Of a stretch of DNA of 64,000 nt, positions 42,634 to 52,469 are shown piece by piece. Source of the stretch: Verrucomicrobiota bacterium (GTDB lineage Bacteria; Verrucomicrobiota; Verrucomicrobiia; Limisphaerales; UBA1100); NCBI GenBank assembly GCA_030747505.1, contig JASLKQ010000001.1, forward strand, positions 30,571 through 94,570. The letters are read 5' to 3'. The number at the start of each line of letters is the position of its first letter. Position 1 is the stretch's first letter. The notes under the pieces are model-generated. The model did no database searches, had not been told where the DNA came from, and was given only the letters and a program-made list of their open reading frames with translations. The position numbers and the translations under genes are program-made.

Positions 42634-43774
42634 GCCCAGGCAAATCCAAATTGCTTCACCCGTTATAGGTCAGGACGAAATTCAAGCTGTCTGCGAAGTG
42701 CTTGAATCAGGCTGGTTAACCCAAGGACCGCGTGTGGCAGCTTTCGAGAAAAAGTTCGCCGAGATACACGGTGTCAAACACGCTATCGCTGTCACCTCCT
42801 GTACCACCGGATTGCACCTTGCGCTCACAGCTATGGGTATTGGCCTCGGTGATGAGGTCATCTTGCCTGCCTTTACTTGGGTGGCTACTGCTAACGTTGT
42901 GGTTCAGTGTGGCGCCACACCGGTGTTTGCTGATGTAGACCCAGTGACATACAACATTGATCCTCAGGATATTTTGAAGCGCATCACAACGCATACCAAG
43001 GCCGTGATGCCGGTTCATCTGTTTGGCTTGTGCTCCGAAATGGATGTGATTCAGGATATATTACCCGACCACATTAAGATACTCGAGGATGCAGCTTGTG
43101 CCTCCGGGGCAATGTACAAAGATCGGCCGGCGGGCTCCTTAGGTGACGCAGGTGTATTTTCCTTCCATCCCCGCAAGTCCATTACCACAGGCGAGGGAGG
43201 CATGATTACCACCAATGATGATCAAATCGCCGAGTTGGCGGGCATGCTGCGCAACCACGGGGCATCGATTTCGGAGGAGCAGCGCCACCGCGGCTCCAAG
43301 TCTTACCTGTTGCCGGAGTTCAACCATCTCGGATTCAACTGCCGAATGACTGATCTTCAAGGTGCACTCGGACTCGCTCAACTCGATCAACTGCAACGGT
43401 TCATCAAGGAGCGTGACCTTCGGGCAAACTGGTATACTCAGGAGCTCAGCACAATTCCGTGGCTTCGCATGCCCGAGCGGCCATGCGACGGCACCCACGC
43501 TTGGCAGGCCTTCGTGACCTATATCGACCCTGACACTGCTCCGATGTCACGTAATCACCTCATGGAACAGTTGCAGGAGGTGGGTATCTCAACTCGCCCC
43601 GGCACCCATGCGGTTCACATGCTTGGATATTATGCACAGCGATTTGGGATTAAGCCAACCGATTATCCAAGGGCAATGGATTGCGACCACAACACGATGG
43701 CGATCCCGCTCCATAACCAGATGAGCAAAGACGACTACCAACATGTGGTCGAAACCCTGAAGGCTATGAGCTAG
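42620..43774 (+). CDS. DegT-family PLP-dependent sugar aminotransferase (second copy, PglE-like)
   Basis: 'GWLTQGPRVAAFEKKFAE', 'LEDAACASGA' and the PLP-Lys context 'SFHPRKSITTGEGGMITT'. The start is ATG 42620; the track gives TTG 42608. Confidence 0.85.
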   Translation: MPVTKPRQIQIASPVIGQDEIQAVCEVLESGWLTQGPRVAAFEKKFAEIHGVKHAIAVTSCTTGLHLALTAMGIGLGDEVILPAFTWVATANVVVQCGATPVFADVDPVTYNIDPQDILKRITTHTKAVMPVHLFGLCSEMDVIQDILPDHIKILEDAACASGAMYKDRPAGSLGDAGVFSFHPRKSITTGEGGMITTNDDQIAELAGMLRNHGASISEEQRHRGSKSYLLPEFNHLGFNCRMTDLQGALGLAQLDQLQRFIKERDLRANWYTQELSTIPWLRMPERPCDGTHAWQAFVTYIDPDTAPMSRNHLMEQLQEVGISTRPGTHAVHMLGYYAQRFGIKPTDYPRAMDCDHNTMAIPLHNQMSKDDYQHVVETLKAMS

Positions 43775-43780
43775 CGATCC

Positions 43781-45670
43781 ATGTGTGGCATCACTGGACT
43801 CATTAATCTTGATGGCGAGCCGGTATCCTCGTCGGTTCTGCAAAAAATGACCGATGAGATCGCTCACCGTGGTCCGGACGGTGAAGGCCACTGGATTGAG
43901 GGAAACGTGGGGCTAGGACACCGGCGTTTAGCCATCATTGATCTTTCTCCGGCGGGGCATCAGCCGATGATCTCTACCGATCATCGTTATGTGCTTAGCT
44001 ACAACGGCGAAATCTACAATTTTTCGGAACTTCGCACTGAATTGGAGAGAGAAGGATTCAGGTTTCGTTCCAAAACCGACAGTGAAGTTGTCCTGTGCGC
44101 CCTTGTCCATTGGGGAGTCAAAGCCTTTGACCGGTTTAATGGTATGTTTGCTCTGGCTCTCTGGGATAGCAAAGAAAGAACGCTTCTACTGGCTCGTGAT
44201 CGTTACGGGATCAAGCCACTCTATGTTAGTCAGCAGGGTCGTTTTTTTGCTTTTGGTTCCGAGCAAAAAGCAATTCTGGCCCGACCTGGTTTCAAGCGCA
44301 GCTTGGACAAGCCTGCTCTGCTGGAATACTTCACCTTTCAGAACATTTTTACAGACCGCACTCTTTTGGAGGACATTCAACTGTTGCCAGCTGGGTACTA
44401 TGCCGTGCTGAACCTTAAACAACAGAGACCGACGCTCAAGCATAGGCAATATTGGGATTATCACTTTCGGGAACCTGCAAAGCCAAAGAGGAAAGAGGAA
44501 TACCTTGAAGAACTGGATCGCTTATTCAAACAGGCGGTAAACCGTCAGTTGGTCGCGGATGTAGAACTCGGAAGCTATCTTAGTGGGGGAATGGATTCAG
44601 GATCAATTACCGCAATTGCCACCAAGTCTTTTCCTTATTTGAAAACCTTTACCTGCGGGTTTGATCTCAGTTCCGCCTCAGGGCTCGAGCTTGGCTTTGA
44701 TGAACGGGCCAAGGCCGAGGCGCTGTCGGCGTGCTTTAAGACTGAACATTATGAAATGGTGCTCAAGGCCGGAGACATGGAGCGTTGCCTGCCTAAGTTT
44801 GCATGGCACTTGGAGGAGCCAAGAGTGGGGCAAAGCTACCCCAATTATTATGTGGCCGGATTGGCCAGTAAATTTGTAAAGGTGGTGCTATCAGGTGCTG
44901 GGGGAGATGAGCTCTTTGGCGGTTATCCCTGGCGCTACTACCGGGCTGCGGTGAACCAGGATTTCGAGCACTACATTGACCAGTACTACCTTTACTGGCA
45001 GCGCCTAATCGGCAGCAAAGACATCAAGGAGGTTTTTTCTCCCATATGGGGAGATGTGAAAGATGTATCGACCCGTGATATATTTCGGGATGTGTTCGTA
45101 AATCATAAGAACGAGGTGAAGACACCTGAGGACTATATCAATCATTCCCTCTATTTTGAGGCTAAGACTTTCCTACACGGTTTGTTTGTAGTGGAAGACA
45201 AACTCAGTATGGCCCATAGCTTGGAAACCCGTGTGCCCTTCATGGATAACGACCTAGTTGATTTTGCAATGCAATGCCCGGTCAGCCTGAAGTTAAACAA
45301 TCTTGCAGAGGTAATTCGCATCAATGAGAACGAACCGAGCGACAAGCAGAGTCAGTATTTCCAAAAGACAAATGATGGGAAGCAGATTCTCCGGGATATG
45401 ATGAATGGCTATATCCCCACTGAAATCACCCGGGGAGAAAAGCAGGGATTTTCATCGCCCGACGCCAGTTGGTTTAAGGGAGAGAGTATCGAGTTCGTAA
45501 AACAAAAACTTCTGAATGATCATGTCAAAATCTATAATTTTTTAGACCAAGCGAAGCTGGAGATGCTCGTTAACCAACATCTAAACGGGGAGCAGAATCG
45601 TCGATTACTCGTTTGGTCTCTTCTTAATGTTGAGACTTGGCTTGAGTCAGAAGAAGGGCTTTCTGCGTGA
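43781..45670 (+). CDS. asnB: asparagine synthase (glutamine-hydrolysing) family amidotransferase
   Basis: 'MCGITG' N-terminal nucleophile Cys, PP-loop 'YLSGGMDSGSI' and 'DKLSMAHSLETRVPFMD'. Confidence 0.85.
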   Translation: MCGITGLINLDGEPVSSSVLQKMTDEIAHRGPDGEGHWIEGNVGLGHRRLAIIDLSPAGHQPMISTDHRYVLSYNGEIYNFSELRTELEREGFRFRSKTDSEVVLCALVHWGVKAFDRFNGMFALALWDSKERTLLLARDRYGIKPLYVSQQGRFFAFGSEQKAILARPGFKRSLDKPALLEYFTFQNIFTDRTLLEDIQLLPAGYYAVLNLKQQRPTLKHRQYWDYHFREPAKPKRKEEYLEELDRLFKQAVNRQLVADVELGSYLSGGMDSGSITAIATKSFPYLKTFTCGFDLSSASGLELGFDERAKAEALSACFKTEHYEMVLKAGDMERCLPKFAWHLEEPRVGQSYPNYYVAGLASKFVKVVLSGAGGDELFGGYPWRYYRAAVNQDFEHYIDQYYLYWQRLIGSKDIKEVFSPIWGDVKDVSTRDIFRDVFVNHKNEVKTPEDYINHSLYFEAKTFLHGLFVVEDKLSMAHSLETRVPFMDNDLVDFAMQCPVSLKLNNLAEVIRINENEPSDKQSQYFQKTNDGKQILRDMMNGYIPTEITRGEKQGFSSPDASWFKGESIEFVKQKLLNDHVKIYNFLDQAKLEMLVNQHLNGEQNRRLLVWSLLNVETWLESEEGLSA

Positions 45671-46656
45671 GTCGAGAACATTTCCTTTCTTCTTTGGGTA
45701 GCATCTTTTCAAGGGATTTGCGCCCTGACACAGTGGAGAACTTTCTAAATCTTGACTCGTTGTCTTCAGGAGTAAACCAACGACAGACCAACGATGCTTT
45801 TACCGACAAGTGGACAGTTTATAACAAGAGCTCGGAGAAACATAAGTTGTATGAAATGCAGAGGCAGTGGTACCTTCAACTTTATGGATTTGATTCGGAG
45901 TGTGAACTTGCCGAATTCCTCCGTTCAAAGAAGATCATTTTTGATGCTGGTTGTGGATTGGGTTACAAGGCTGCTTGGTTTGCCCAGTTGGCTCCTGATT
46001 CGCTGGTTATAGGTATGGATTTTTCGGATGCAGCGAAATTAGCTGCGGATACCTACAAAGGACTGGATAACCTCTTTTTCATTCAAGGCGATATTTCTGG
46101 AACCCGTTTTTTAGACGGGAGCATCGATTACGTGAATTGCGACCAAGTCATTATGCATACGCAGAATCCCGATAAAACGTTTGCGGAATTGTCGCGTATC
46201 ACTCGTCCCGAAGTTGGAGAGTTTGCCTGTTATTTCTACTCCAAGAAGGCTCTTCCTCGCGAGTTATTGGATGAACATTTTCGTTCTTATTGCTCAGTCA
46301 TGACATCGGAGGAACTTTGGCAGATGTCTGAACAACTCACCGAACTCGGAAAACGATTGAGCGAACTCAACGTATGTATTGACGCACCGGATATTCCCGC
46401 TTTGGGGATCAAAGGGGGTAGATGCGATCTGCAGAGATTCATCTACTGGAATTTTATCAAGTGCTTCTGGAACCCAGAGCTCGGTAAAGAAACTTCCGTG
46501 GTCACCAATTATGACTGGTATAGCCCCAGCAACGCTCGACGTTATAGCGAAGAGGAAGTCAGGGCCTTGCTAAAGAAAAACGGAATGGAGGCAGTTTGCT
46601 TTCATCAAGAGAATGCCTGTCATAGCGGTCGATTTATGAAAAGGGATTCTGCATAA
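45667..46656 (+). CDS. class I SAM-dependent methyltransferase
   Basis: Motif I 'IFDAGCGLGYKAAWFA'. The GTG start overlaps the upstream stop. Confidence 0.7.
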   Translation: MSREHFLSSLGSIFSRDLRPDTVENFLNLDSLSSGVNQRQTNDAFTDKWTVYNKSSEKHKLYEMQRQWYLQLYGFDSECELAEFLRSKKIIFDAGCGLGYKAAWFAQLAPDSLVIGMDFSDAAKLAADTYKGLDNLFFIQGDISGTRFLDGSIDYVNCDQVIMHTQNPDKTFAELSRITRPEVGEFACYFYSKKALPRELLDEHFRSYCSVMTSEELWQMSEQLTELGKRLSELNVCIDAPDIPALGIKGGRCDLQRFIYWNFIKCFWNPELGKETSVVTNYDWYSPSNARRYSEEEVRALLKKNGMEAVCFHQENACHSGRFMKRDSA

Positions 46657-46755
46657 TTAAGAAGCCATTTTGATTATAGCAATTGATAGATCGCACTTGG
46701 TATTTATCCAATTAGTAGGAAGGGATTTTGTGTCGATTATGGGAGTGATATTATT

Positions 46756-47289
46756 ATGAAAAATGAAGAACGAAATTCATCCTGCGAATCAGGGCTGTAC
46801 AAGGATATCGTTCGGCTCTGGAAGGGGTTGCAGAAAAAAACTAATGACAAATGGAGTCGAACGCTTCCTTTTGGTGACTACTTTGTCGATCGGCAAGAAA
46901 AGGCACGACTCCTGGGCTTTGGTGAAGGGGCTAGCATCTACGATTCAGCCTTGGTTATTGGGAATGTAAGGGTTGGTCAAGAAACATGGATTGGTCCGCA
47001 CACAGTGCTGGATGGATCTGGTGGTCTGGAAATCGGCGATTGGTGCTCTATCTCTGCCGGTTGTCAGATTTACTCGCACGATACTGTTGCTTGGGCGTTG
47101 AGTGCCGGTGAGGTCGACGCAGAGCGTAAATCTACTCGGATTGGATCGCGTTGCTACTTGGGTCCAAACACCGTGGTGGCTAAAGGTGTGACCATTGGCG
47201 ATGGCTGTGTAATTGGGGCCAACAGCTTGGTGATTCGTGATTTGCCTTCAGGCTCCAAGGCTTTTGGTAATCCGTGCCGTGTTAAGTAG
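46756..47289 (+). CDS. hexapeptide-repeat (LbH) acyl/acetyltransferase
   Basis: '[39 protein letters not shown]' and '[31 protein letters not shown]'. Confidence 0.75.
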   Translation: MKNEERNSSCESGLYKDIVRLWKGLQKKTNDKWSRTLPFGDYFVDRQEKARLLGFGEGASIYDSALVIGNVRVGQETWIGPHTVLDGSGGLEIGDWCSISAGCQIYSHDTVAWALSAGEVDAERKSTRIGSRCYLGPNTVVAKGVTIGDGCVIGANSLVIRDLPSGSKAFGNPCRVK

Positions 47290-47317
47290 GGTATAGTTTT
47301 TTCGAATAAGCGAAGTT

Positions 47318-48487
47318 GTGCTTGCCAGTGATCTTATAAATGCAGAGGGGGTACAAATCTGCACTCGCTGCATTTATGACGAACGTGTCGCCAGCATCGA
47401 GTTCGACGCGCAGGGTGTATGCAATTACTGTCATCAGCTTGATTCATTGAGTGAGGAATACGGGACCGGAAGAGAACGAGGCGAAAATGAACTGGATCGC
47501 ATCTTTGATCAGATCAAGAAAGCTGGGCGCGGCAGGAAATACGATTGCGCCATTGGTGTTAGCGGGGGAACGGATTCATCTTATCTCGTTTATTTGGCGA
47601 AGAAACGAGGGTTGCGGCCTTTGGCCGTGCATTATGACAACACCTGGAATTCGGCAATCGCCACACAAAACATACGCAAGGTTTTAACTGGTCTGGATGT
47701 GGATCTATATACGCATGTCATCGACAATAAGGAGTCCGATGACATCTTTAGGTCATTCTTTTATGCCAGTGTGGCAGAGATCGAGGCGGCCACAGATTTG
47801 GCATTGGCTGAGACCATGTATCGAGCTGCTGCGAAATATGGAATCAAGTATGTCTTGGAGGGGCATTCCTTTATCGCGGAAGGGATTACGCCGGTGGGTA
47901 GTAATTACTTCGATGGATGCTATGTAAAGGGTATTCATCGCAAGTTTGGTCGTCTTCCGATGAGGTCTTACCCCTTGATGACCTTTTCCCGTTTCATTTG
48001 GTGGTCCGTATTTGCCCGTATTCGGAAAATTCGCCCCTTCTGGTACATCGACTATAACAAGGAAGATGCCCAAGTGTTCCTTGAGAAGGAGTATGGTTGG
48101 CAATATTACGGAGGACACCACTTGGAGAATAGAATGACAGCATTTTTACATACGATATATGCTCCTCAAAAGTTTGAAATGGATTTTCGTAATAACACTC
48201 TTTCCGCTCTTGTCAGGATGGGGAAAATAACGCGCGAGAAAGCATGGGCCAAATACAATACACCGCCCAAAGTTGAAGAAGAATTACTCGAATACTTCAA
48301 GAAGAGGCTAGAGTTATCCGATGAGGAATATGAACGGATCATGGGGAAAGCTCCAAAATCATGGAAAGACTATCCAACATACAAGAAGCGGTTCGAACTC
48401 TTTCGTCCATTATTTGCAATCTTGGCTAAGGCCAACCTAGTGCCGATGAGCTTTTATTTGAAATACTGTTTTTCCGCAAGGGACTGA
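47318..48487 (+). CDS. N-acetyl sugar amidotransferase (WbpG/LfnA-like PP-loop ATPase)
   Basis: N-terminal 'CTRCIYDE....EFDAQGVCNYC' zinc-ribbon-like motif and PP-loop 'IGVSGGTDSSYL'. Immediately upstream of the HisH/HisF paralogues. GTG start. Confidence 0.8.
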   Translation: MLASDLINAEGVQICTRCIYDERVASIEFDAQGVCNYCHQLDSLSEEYGTGRERGENELDRIFDQIKKAGRGRKYDCAIGVSGGTDSSYLVYLAKKRGLRPLAVHYDNTWNSAIATQNIRKVLTGLDVDLYTHVIDNKESDDIFRSFFYASVAEIEAATDLALAETMYRAAAKYGIKYVLEGHSFIAEGITPVGSNYFDGCYVKGIHRKFGRLPMRSYPLMTFSRFIWWSVFARIRKIRPFWYIDYNKEDAQVFLEKEYGWQYYGGHHLENRMTAFLHTIYAPQKFEMDFRNNTLSALVRMGKITREKAWAKYNTPPKVEEELLEYFKKRLELSDEEYERIMGKAPKSWKDYPTYKKRFELFRPLFAILAKANLVPMSFYLKYCFSARD

Positions 48488-48488
48488 A

Positions 48489-49097
48489 ATGATCACCATT
48501 GTAGATTATGGCATGGGCAATCTGGGGTCCATGCTAAATATGCTCAAGCGCATCGGAGCCGAGGCACAAATAAAGTCAGATACGAAAGCCATCCGAGTTG
48601 CCCAGAAGTTGATACTCCCTGGCGTAGGCGCTTTCGATGCTGCGATGCAGCGTATTGATGAGGTGTCTGGACTGCGCGAGGTGCTGAAACACAAAGCTAT
48701 GGTCGATCGTGTACCCGTGTTGGGTGTCTGCTTGGGCATGCAGTTACTTGCCCAGTCAAGCGAAGAAGGGACCCGTTCAGGGCTGGGCTGGATTAATGGG
48801 GCAACCCGACGATTTCCAAAACTGAAAGGACTTAAGGTGCCACATATGGGCTGGAACGTGGCTCGGCCAAACACGTCTAGTCCGTTGACCAGAGAAGTGG
48901 GAGAGGAACCCAGCTATTACTTTGTACATTCTTACTATGTGCACGTGGATGACCCTGCCCATTCACTTATGCGCACCCACTATGGGCTTGCATTTGATGC
49001 CGCTATTGGTCGAGACAATGTTTACGGTGTGCAGTTTCACCCGGAGAAGAGTCACCGGTTCGGGATGCAGATTCTTAAGAATTTCGTGGAAGTGTGA
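48489..49097 (+). CDS. hisH: imidazole glycerol phosphate synthase HisH-type glutamine amidotransferase subunit (glycan-locus paralogue)
   Basis: 'ITIVDYGMGNLGS', the nucleophile context 'GVCLGMQLL' and 'VQFHPEKS'. Confidence 0.85.
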   Translation: MITIVDYGMGNLGSMLNMLKRIGAEAQIKSDTKAIRVAQKLILPGVGAFDAAMQRIDEVSGLREVLKHKAMVDRVPVLGVCLGMQLLAQSSEEGTRSGLGWINGATRRFPKLKGLKVPHMGWNVARPNTSSPLTREVGEEPSYYFVHSYYVHVDDPAHSLMRTHYGLAFDAAIGRDNVYGVQFHPEKSHRFGMQILKNFVEV

Positions 49098-49099
49098 AT

Positions 49100-49861
49100 A
49101 TGTTGAGGACCCGCATCATTCCTGCCCTGCTGTTACGCGACGAGAGCTTGGTCAAGACCGTACGCTTTGGAAAATTCACCTACGTGGGGGATCCCTGCAA
49201 CACAGTGCGCATTTTCAACGAGCTGGAAGTGGATGAACTAGTCTTTCTCGACATCACCGCCACCCGTGAAGGGCGTAGTCCCAACCTAAAAATACTAGCT
49301 GACATCGCAAACGAGTGTTTCATGCCATTGGGCTACGGTGGCGGCATTAGCTCGCTAGAACAGGCCAAGGCTATTTTTGACATGGGATTCGAGAAGGTTA
49401 TTCTCAATTCCTGTGCCGCGGAAAAACCTGCCTTACTAACCGACATTGCCGAGCAATACGGTAGCCAAGCAGTAATTACTGCAATTGATGTCAAAACCAG
49501 TTTTTGGGGTATATCAACTGTGCGAACGGAGGGAGCTAGATGCAATACTCGACGCGACCCCGTGGAGTGGGCACAAGAAGCCGAGGAGCGAGGCGCAGGC
49601 GAAATTCTTCTTACCTCTGTTGACCGTGAGGGGACTTGGGAAGGTTTTGACTTAGATTTAGTCAAGAGGATTGTCGATGCTGTAAGTATCCCCGTAATTG
49701 CACATGGGGGTGCAGGCTGTGTGGAGGATGTCGGCAAGGTAGTACAGCAGGCTGGCGCCTCAGCGGTGGCACTTGGTAGTATGGTTGTGTTTCAAAAAAA
49801 AGGAATGGGTGTACTGGTGAATTTTCCGGATAAAAAGAGGCTTGAATCCGTTCTAGCATGA
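49100..49861 (+). CDS. HisF-like cyclase subunit (AglZ/HisF2/WbuZ-type acetamidino modification protein)
   Basis: 'MLRTRIIPALLL', 'DELVFLDITA', 'LGYGGGISS' and 'VIAHGGAG'. An alternative GTG start at 49094 overlaps the hisH stop. Confidence 0.85.
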   Translation: MLRTRIIPALLLRDESLVKTVRFGKFTYVGDPCNTVRIFNELEVDELVFLDITATREGRSPNLKILADIANECFMPLGYGGGISSLEQAKAIFDMGFEKVILNSCAAEKPALLTDIAEQYGSQAVITAIDVKTSFWGISTVRTEGARCNTRRDPVEWAQEAEERGAGEILLTSVDREGTWEGFDLDLVKRIVDAVSIPVIAHGGAGCVEDVGKVVQQAGASAVALGSMVVFQKKGMGVLVNFPDKKRLESVLA

Positions 49862-49889
49862 GGCCCCTCTGAGTCGAGCTGTTAGACAC

Positions 49890-51221
49890 ATGAAACCTCA
49901 TAGGATAGCCATAGTTGGAAACATGAACAATGCCGGTTTTTGCATCCTGCGGTATTTTCGAGATCTTGGGGCAGATGCTCATTTGCTATTGTACTCTAAT
50001 GATGGGCAAGACTCATTGAGCCACTTTAAACCAGAGTGCGATACCTGGGAAATTGGAAAGTGGAGCCCGTTCATTCATCAGACAGATATACCGAATACTG
50101 TCTTTTCTGGGTTGCCTCCCCCATTATCTTGGTTTGTTTCACTTCGTTCTTATTTTAAGTCAGGACTGGGATCGAAAGTAGATTGCGTTGCGTCAGCTTC
50201 AAAAGAAAAAATCAAAAAGACATACACTGGGTACGACAAATATATTGGGAATGGAATTGCTCCAGCTATGTTTTCCAAGGCAGGCCTTGTCTTGGATATA
50301 TTTTACCCATACTCAAGTGGTGTTGAATTTCTTGGTACGGGCGAATTTCTAGTTGAGATTAATAAACAAAATCCAGTTAAAAGGGCTTTGGTGCGTATGG
50401 CAAGGGCGATGCAAAAAAAGGGGATTTGCGATTCACATTATGTGTTGAACGCAGAGATGGGAATCACCCAGGATGCTTTAATAAAGATTGGATCGTCTCC
50501 AATAAATCTTGCCATTCCAGCGGTATACAATAGAGGGAAACTTCTATTACAAAAAACGAATCCTGAAATTACTCGTTCGTTAGAGAGGGTTAAAAAATCT
50601 GATTTTACGATCCTACATCATTCAAGGTTAATGTGGAAGAATCCAGGAGATTATTCAGATGATGCTTGGAGATTGGAAAACAAGAATAGTAATTGGTTAC
50701 TGGAGGCATTTGCTAAATTAATAAGGCAACGTAAGGACCTTAACCCGTTGTTGATACTTGTTGAGTACGGTCCTGATGTGAAAACTGCGAAAAAATTGTG
50801 TGACCAATTAGAGATTGGAGAGCATGTATTATGGCTGCCCAAGATGGATCGGCGACACTTAATGTGGCTGCTCACCCATGTGAGTATAGGAGTCGGAGAA
50901 TTTTATAATGTGCCAAAAGTTATTTGGGGCGGCACCGGCTGGGAGACTTTAGCATCCGGCAGACCTTTATTACAGGGATTCCAATTTGAGGATGGCGAGT
51001 TTGAGCAACTCTATGGATATCCACCTCCTCCGATGCTTCCTGTGCGCTTTCAGGATGATATTTTAAAACACCTGCTAAACATGATTGACAACCCCGAAAA
51101 GCAGGAGCAAATCGGCCAAGGTGCTAAAGAGTGGTTCAACCGGTACAACGGCATCGGTTTAGCCAGGCAATGGCTGGATTTGCTGACGGGTCCTTGCAGT
51201 AAAACAGGGGTTAATTTCTAG
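49890..51221 (+). CDS. hypothetical protein, possibly a divergent GT-B-fold glycosyltransferase
   Basis: The 'RIAIVGNMNNAGFCILRYFRDLG' N-terminus and the C-terminal 'GTGWETLASGRPLL...' resemble the two Rossmann halves of GT-B enzymes, but without a clear ExxxxxxxE motif. AT-rich gene. Confidence 0.35.
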   Translation: MKPHRIAIVGNMNNAGFCILRYFRDLGADAHLLLYSNDGQDSLSHFKPECDTWEIGKWSPFIHQTDIPNTVFSGLPPPLSWFVSLRSYFKSGLGSKVDCVASASKEKIKKTYTGYDKYIGNGIAPAMFSKAGLVLDIFYPYSSGVEFLGTGEFLVEINKQNPVKRALVRMARAMQKKGICDSHYVLNAEMGITQDALIKIGSSPINLAIPAVYNRGKLLLQKTNPEITRSLERVKKSDFTILHHSRLMWKNPGDYSDDAWRLENKNSNWLLEAFAKLIRQRKDLNPLLILVEYGPDVKTAKKLCDQLEIGEHVLWLPKMDRRHLMWLLTHVSIGVGEFYNVPKVIWGGTGWETLASGRPLLQGFQFEDGEFEQLYGYPPPPMLPVRFQDDILKHLLNMIDNPEKQEQIGQGAKEWFNRYNGIGLARQWLDLLTGPCSKTGVNF

Positions 51222-51356
51222 TCACGAAGATGATCTTTTGCAGCGGTCCTACATCATATATATGAGCCTAATATTACTTGCTGGTAAATTCTGCGTTATA
51301 CCTAATACGAGTTACTTCTTTGGCTCCGGGCCAGGAAAAACGACTGGAAAGATGGA

Positions 51357-52469
51357 TTGAAACTCCTATTATTCATCTCAAGTTTGGAAGGAGGAGGAGC
51401 AGAGAGAGTTACCGCCAATTTGGCTCGCTATTGGGCGGAAAAGGGCTGGGAAATTACTCTTGTGACATTTACACGCGCGGACACGGATTTTTTTCAATTG
51501 CCATCGTCCGTGCATCGTGTGGAACTCGGTCTGATTGGCGAGAAAAAGAATTTGATCGGCTGGATTGATAACAACCTCCGCCGTATTTTTTCTTTGCGCC
51601 AGATACTGAGGGGGTTCAGGCCAGATGTTGCTCTGGCAATGATGAACACAAATAATATTATCTTATCTTTCGCTGCGAGAGGAATATCTGATCTAGTCGT
51701 TGTAGGATCTGAACGTACATACCCTCCTTGTGTGCCTTTGGGTTTCTTTCTTGAGTGGTTGCGCAGCTGGAGCTACGGCAACCTTTCTGCGTTAGTGGCA
51801 CAAACGGCCAAATCTGGCGAGTGGCTGCAGCTTCATTGCCGCACTCAGCGTATTGAGACCATTCCAAATGCTTTGACTTGGCCGTTGAGTATTCAGGAGC
51901 CAGTCGTTGAGCTGCCTCCTCAGCTTAAAAGGCACAAGGTGCTACTTGCTGCGGGCAGGCTGAGTGAGGAAAAATGTTTCAATTTTCTGATCACAACCTT
52001 TAGTCAGATCGCAAAAGATTACCCGGATTGGGTGTTGGTGATTCTCGGAGAGGGACCAGAGAGGGGTGAGTTGGAACGACAAATTTCAAATGCTTCATTA
52101 TCAGATCGGATCATGCTCCCTGGGCAAGTGGGTAACATCAGTCAATGGTATGAGGCGTCTGATTTATATGTAATGAGCTCCCGTTTCGAAGGGTTTCCTA
52201 ATTCATTGCTGGAGGCGATGGCATCCGGATTGGCTGCAGTTAGTTTTGATTGTGACACTGGGCCGCGAGAAATCATCCTTCATGAGATAAATGGCTTATT
52301 GGTTTCGCCCGGTGATTTTCAGGCCCTGAAGACAGCTCTTGAGCGATTGATGGAGGATCAAGATCTCCGTCAAGAGTACGCGAAAGAAGCGAAAACCGTT
52401 ATCGAACGATTTTCGATTGAGAGTATTGCAGGACGGTGGGAGAAATTATTTCAAGAAATCAAAGGATGA
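51357..52469 (+). CDS. glycosyltransferase family 4 (GT-B, group 1)
   Basis: 'LLLFISSLEGGGAERV' and 'SRFEGFPNSLLEAMASGLAAVSFDCDTGPREII'. TTG start. Confidence 0.8.
   Translation: MKLLLFISSLEGGGAERVTANLARYWAEKGWEITLVTFTRADTDFFQLPSSVHRVELGLIGEKKNLIGWIDNNLRRIFSLRQILRGFRPDVALAMMNTNNIILSFAARGISDLVVVGSERTYPPCVPLGFFLEWLRSWSYGNLSALVAQTAKSGEWLQLHCRTQRIETIPNALTWPLSIQEPVVELPPQLKRHKVLLAAGRLSEEKCFNFLITTFSQIAKDYPDWVLVILGEGPERGELERQISNASLSDRIMLPGQVGNISQWYEASDLYVMSSRFEGFPNSLLEAMASGLAAVSFDCDTGPREIILHEINGLLVSPGDFQALKTALERLMEDQDLRQEYAKEAKTVIERFSIESIAGRWEKLFQEIKG

Noticed and set aside
48489-49861. The hisH/hisF pair could be read as part of a histidine biosynthesis operon.
   Set aside because: No other his genes are adjacent. 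The pair is coupled to a WbpG-like amidotransferase inside a glycan locus, which is the known acetamidino-modification context.
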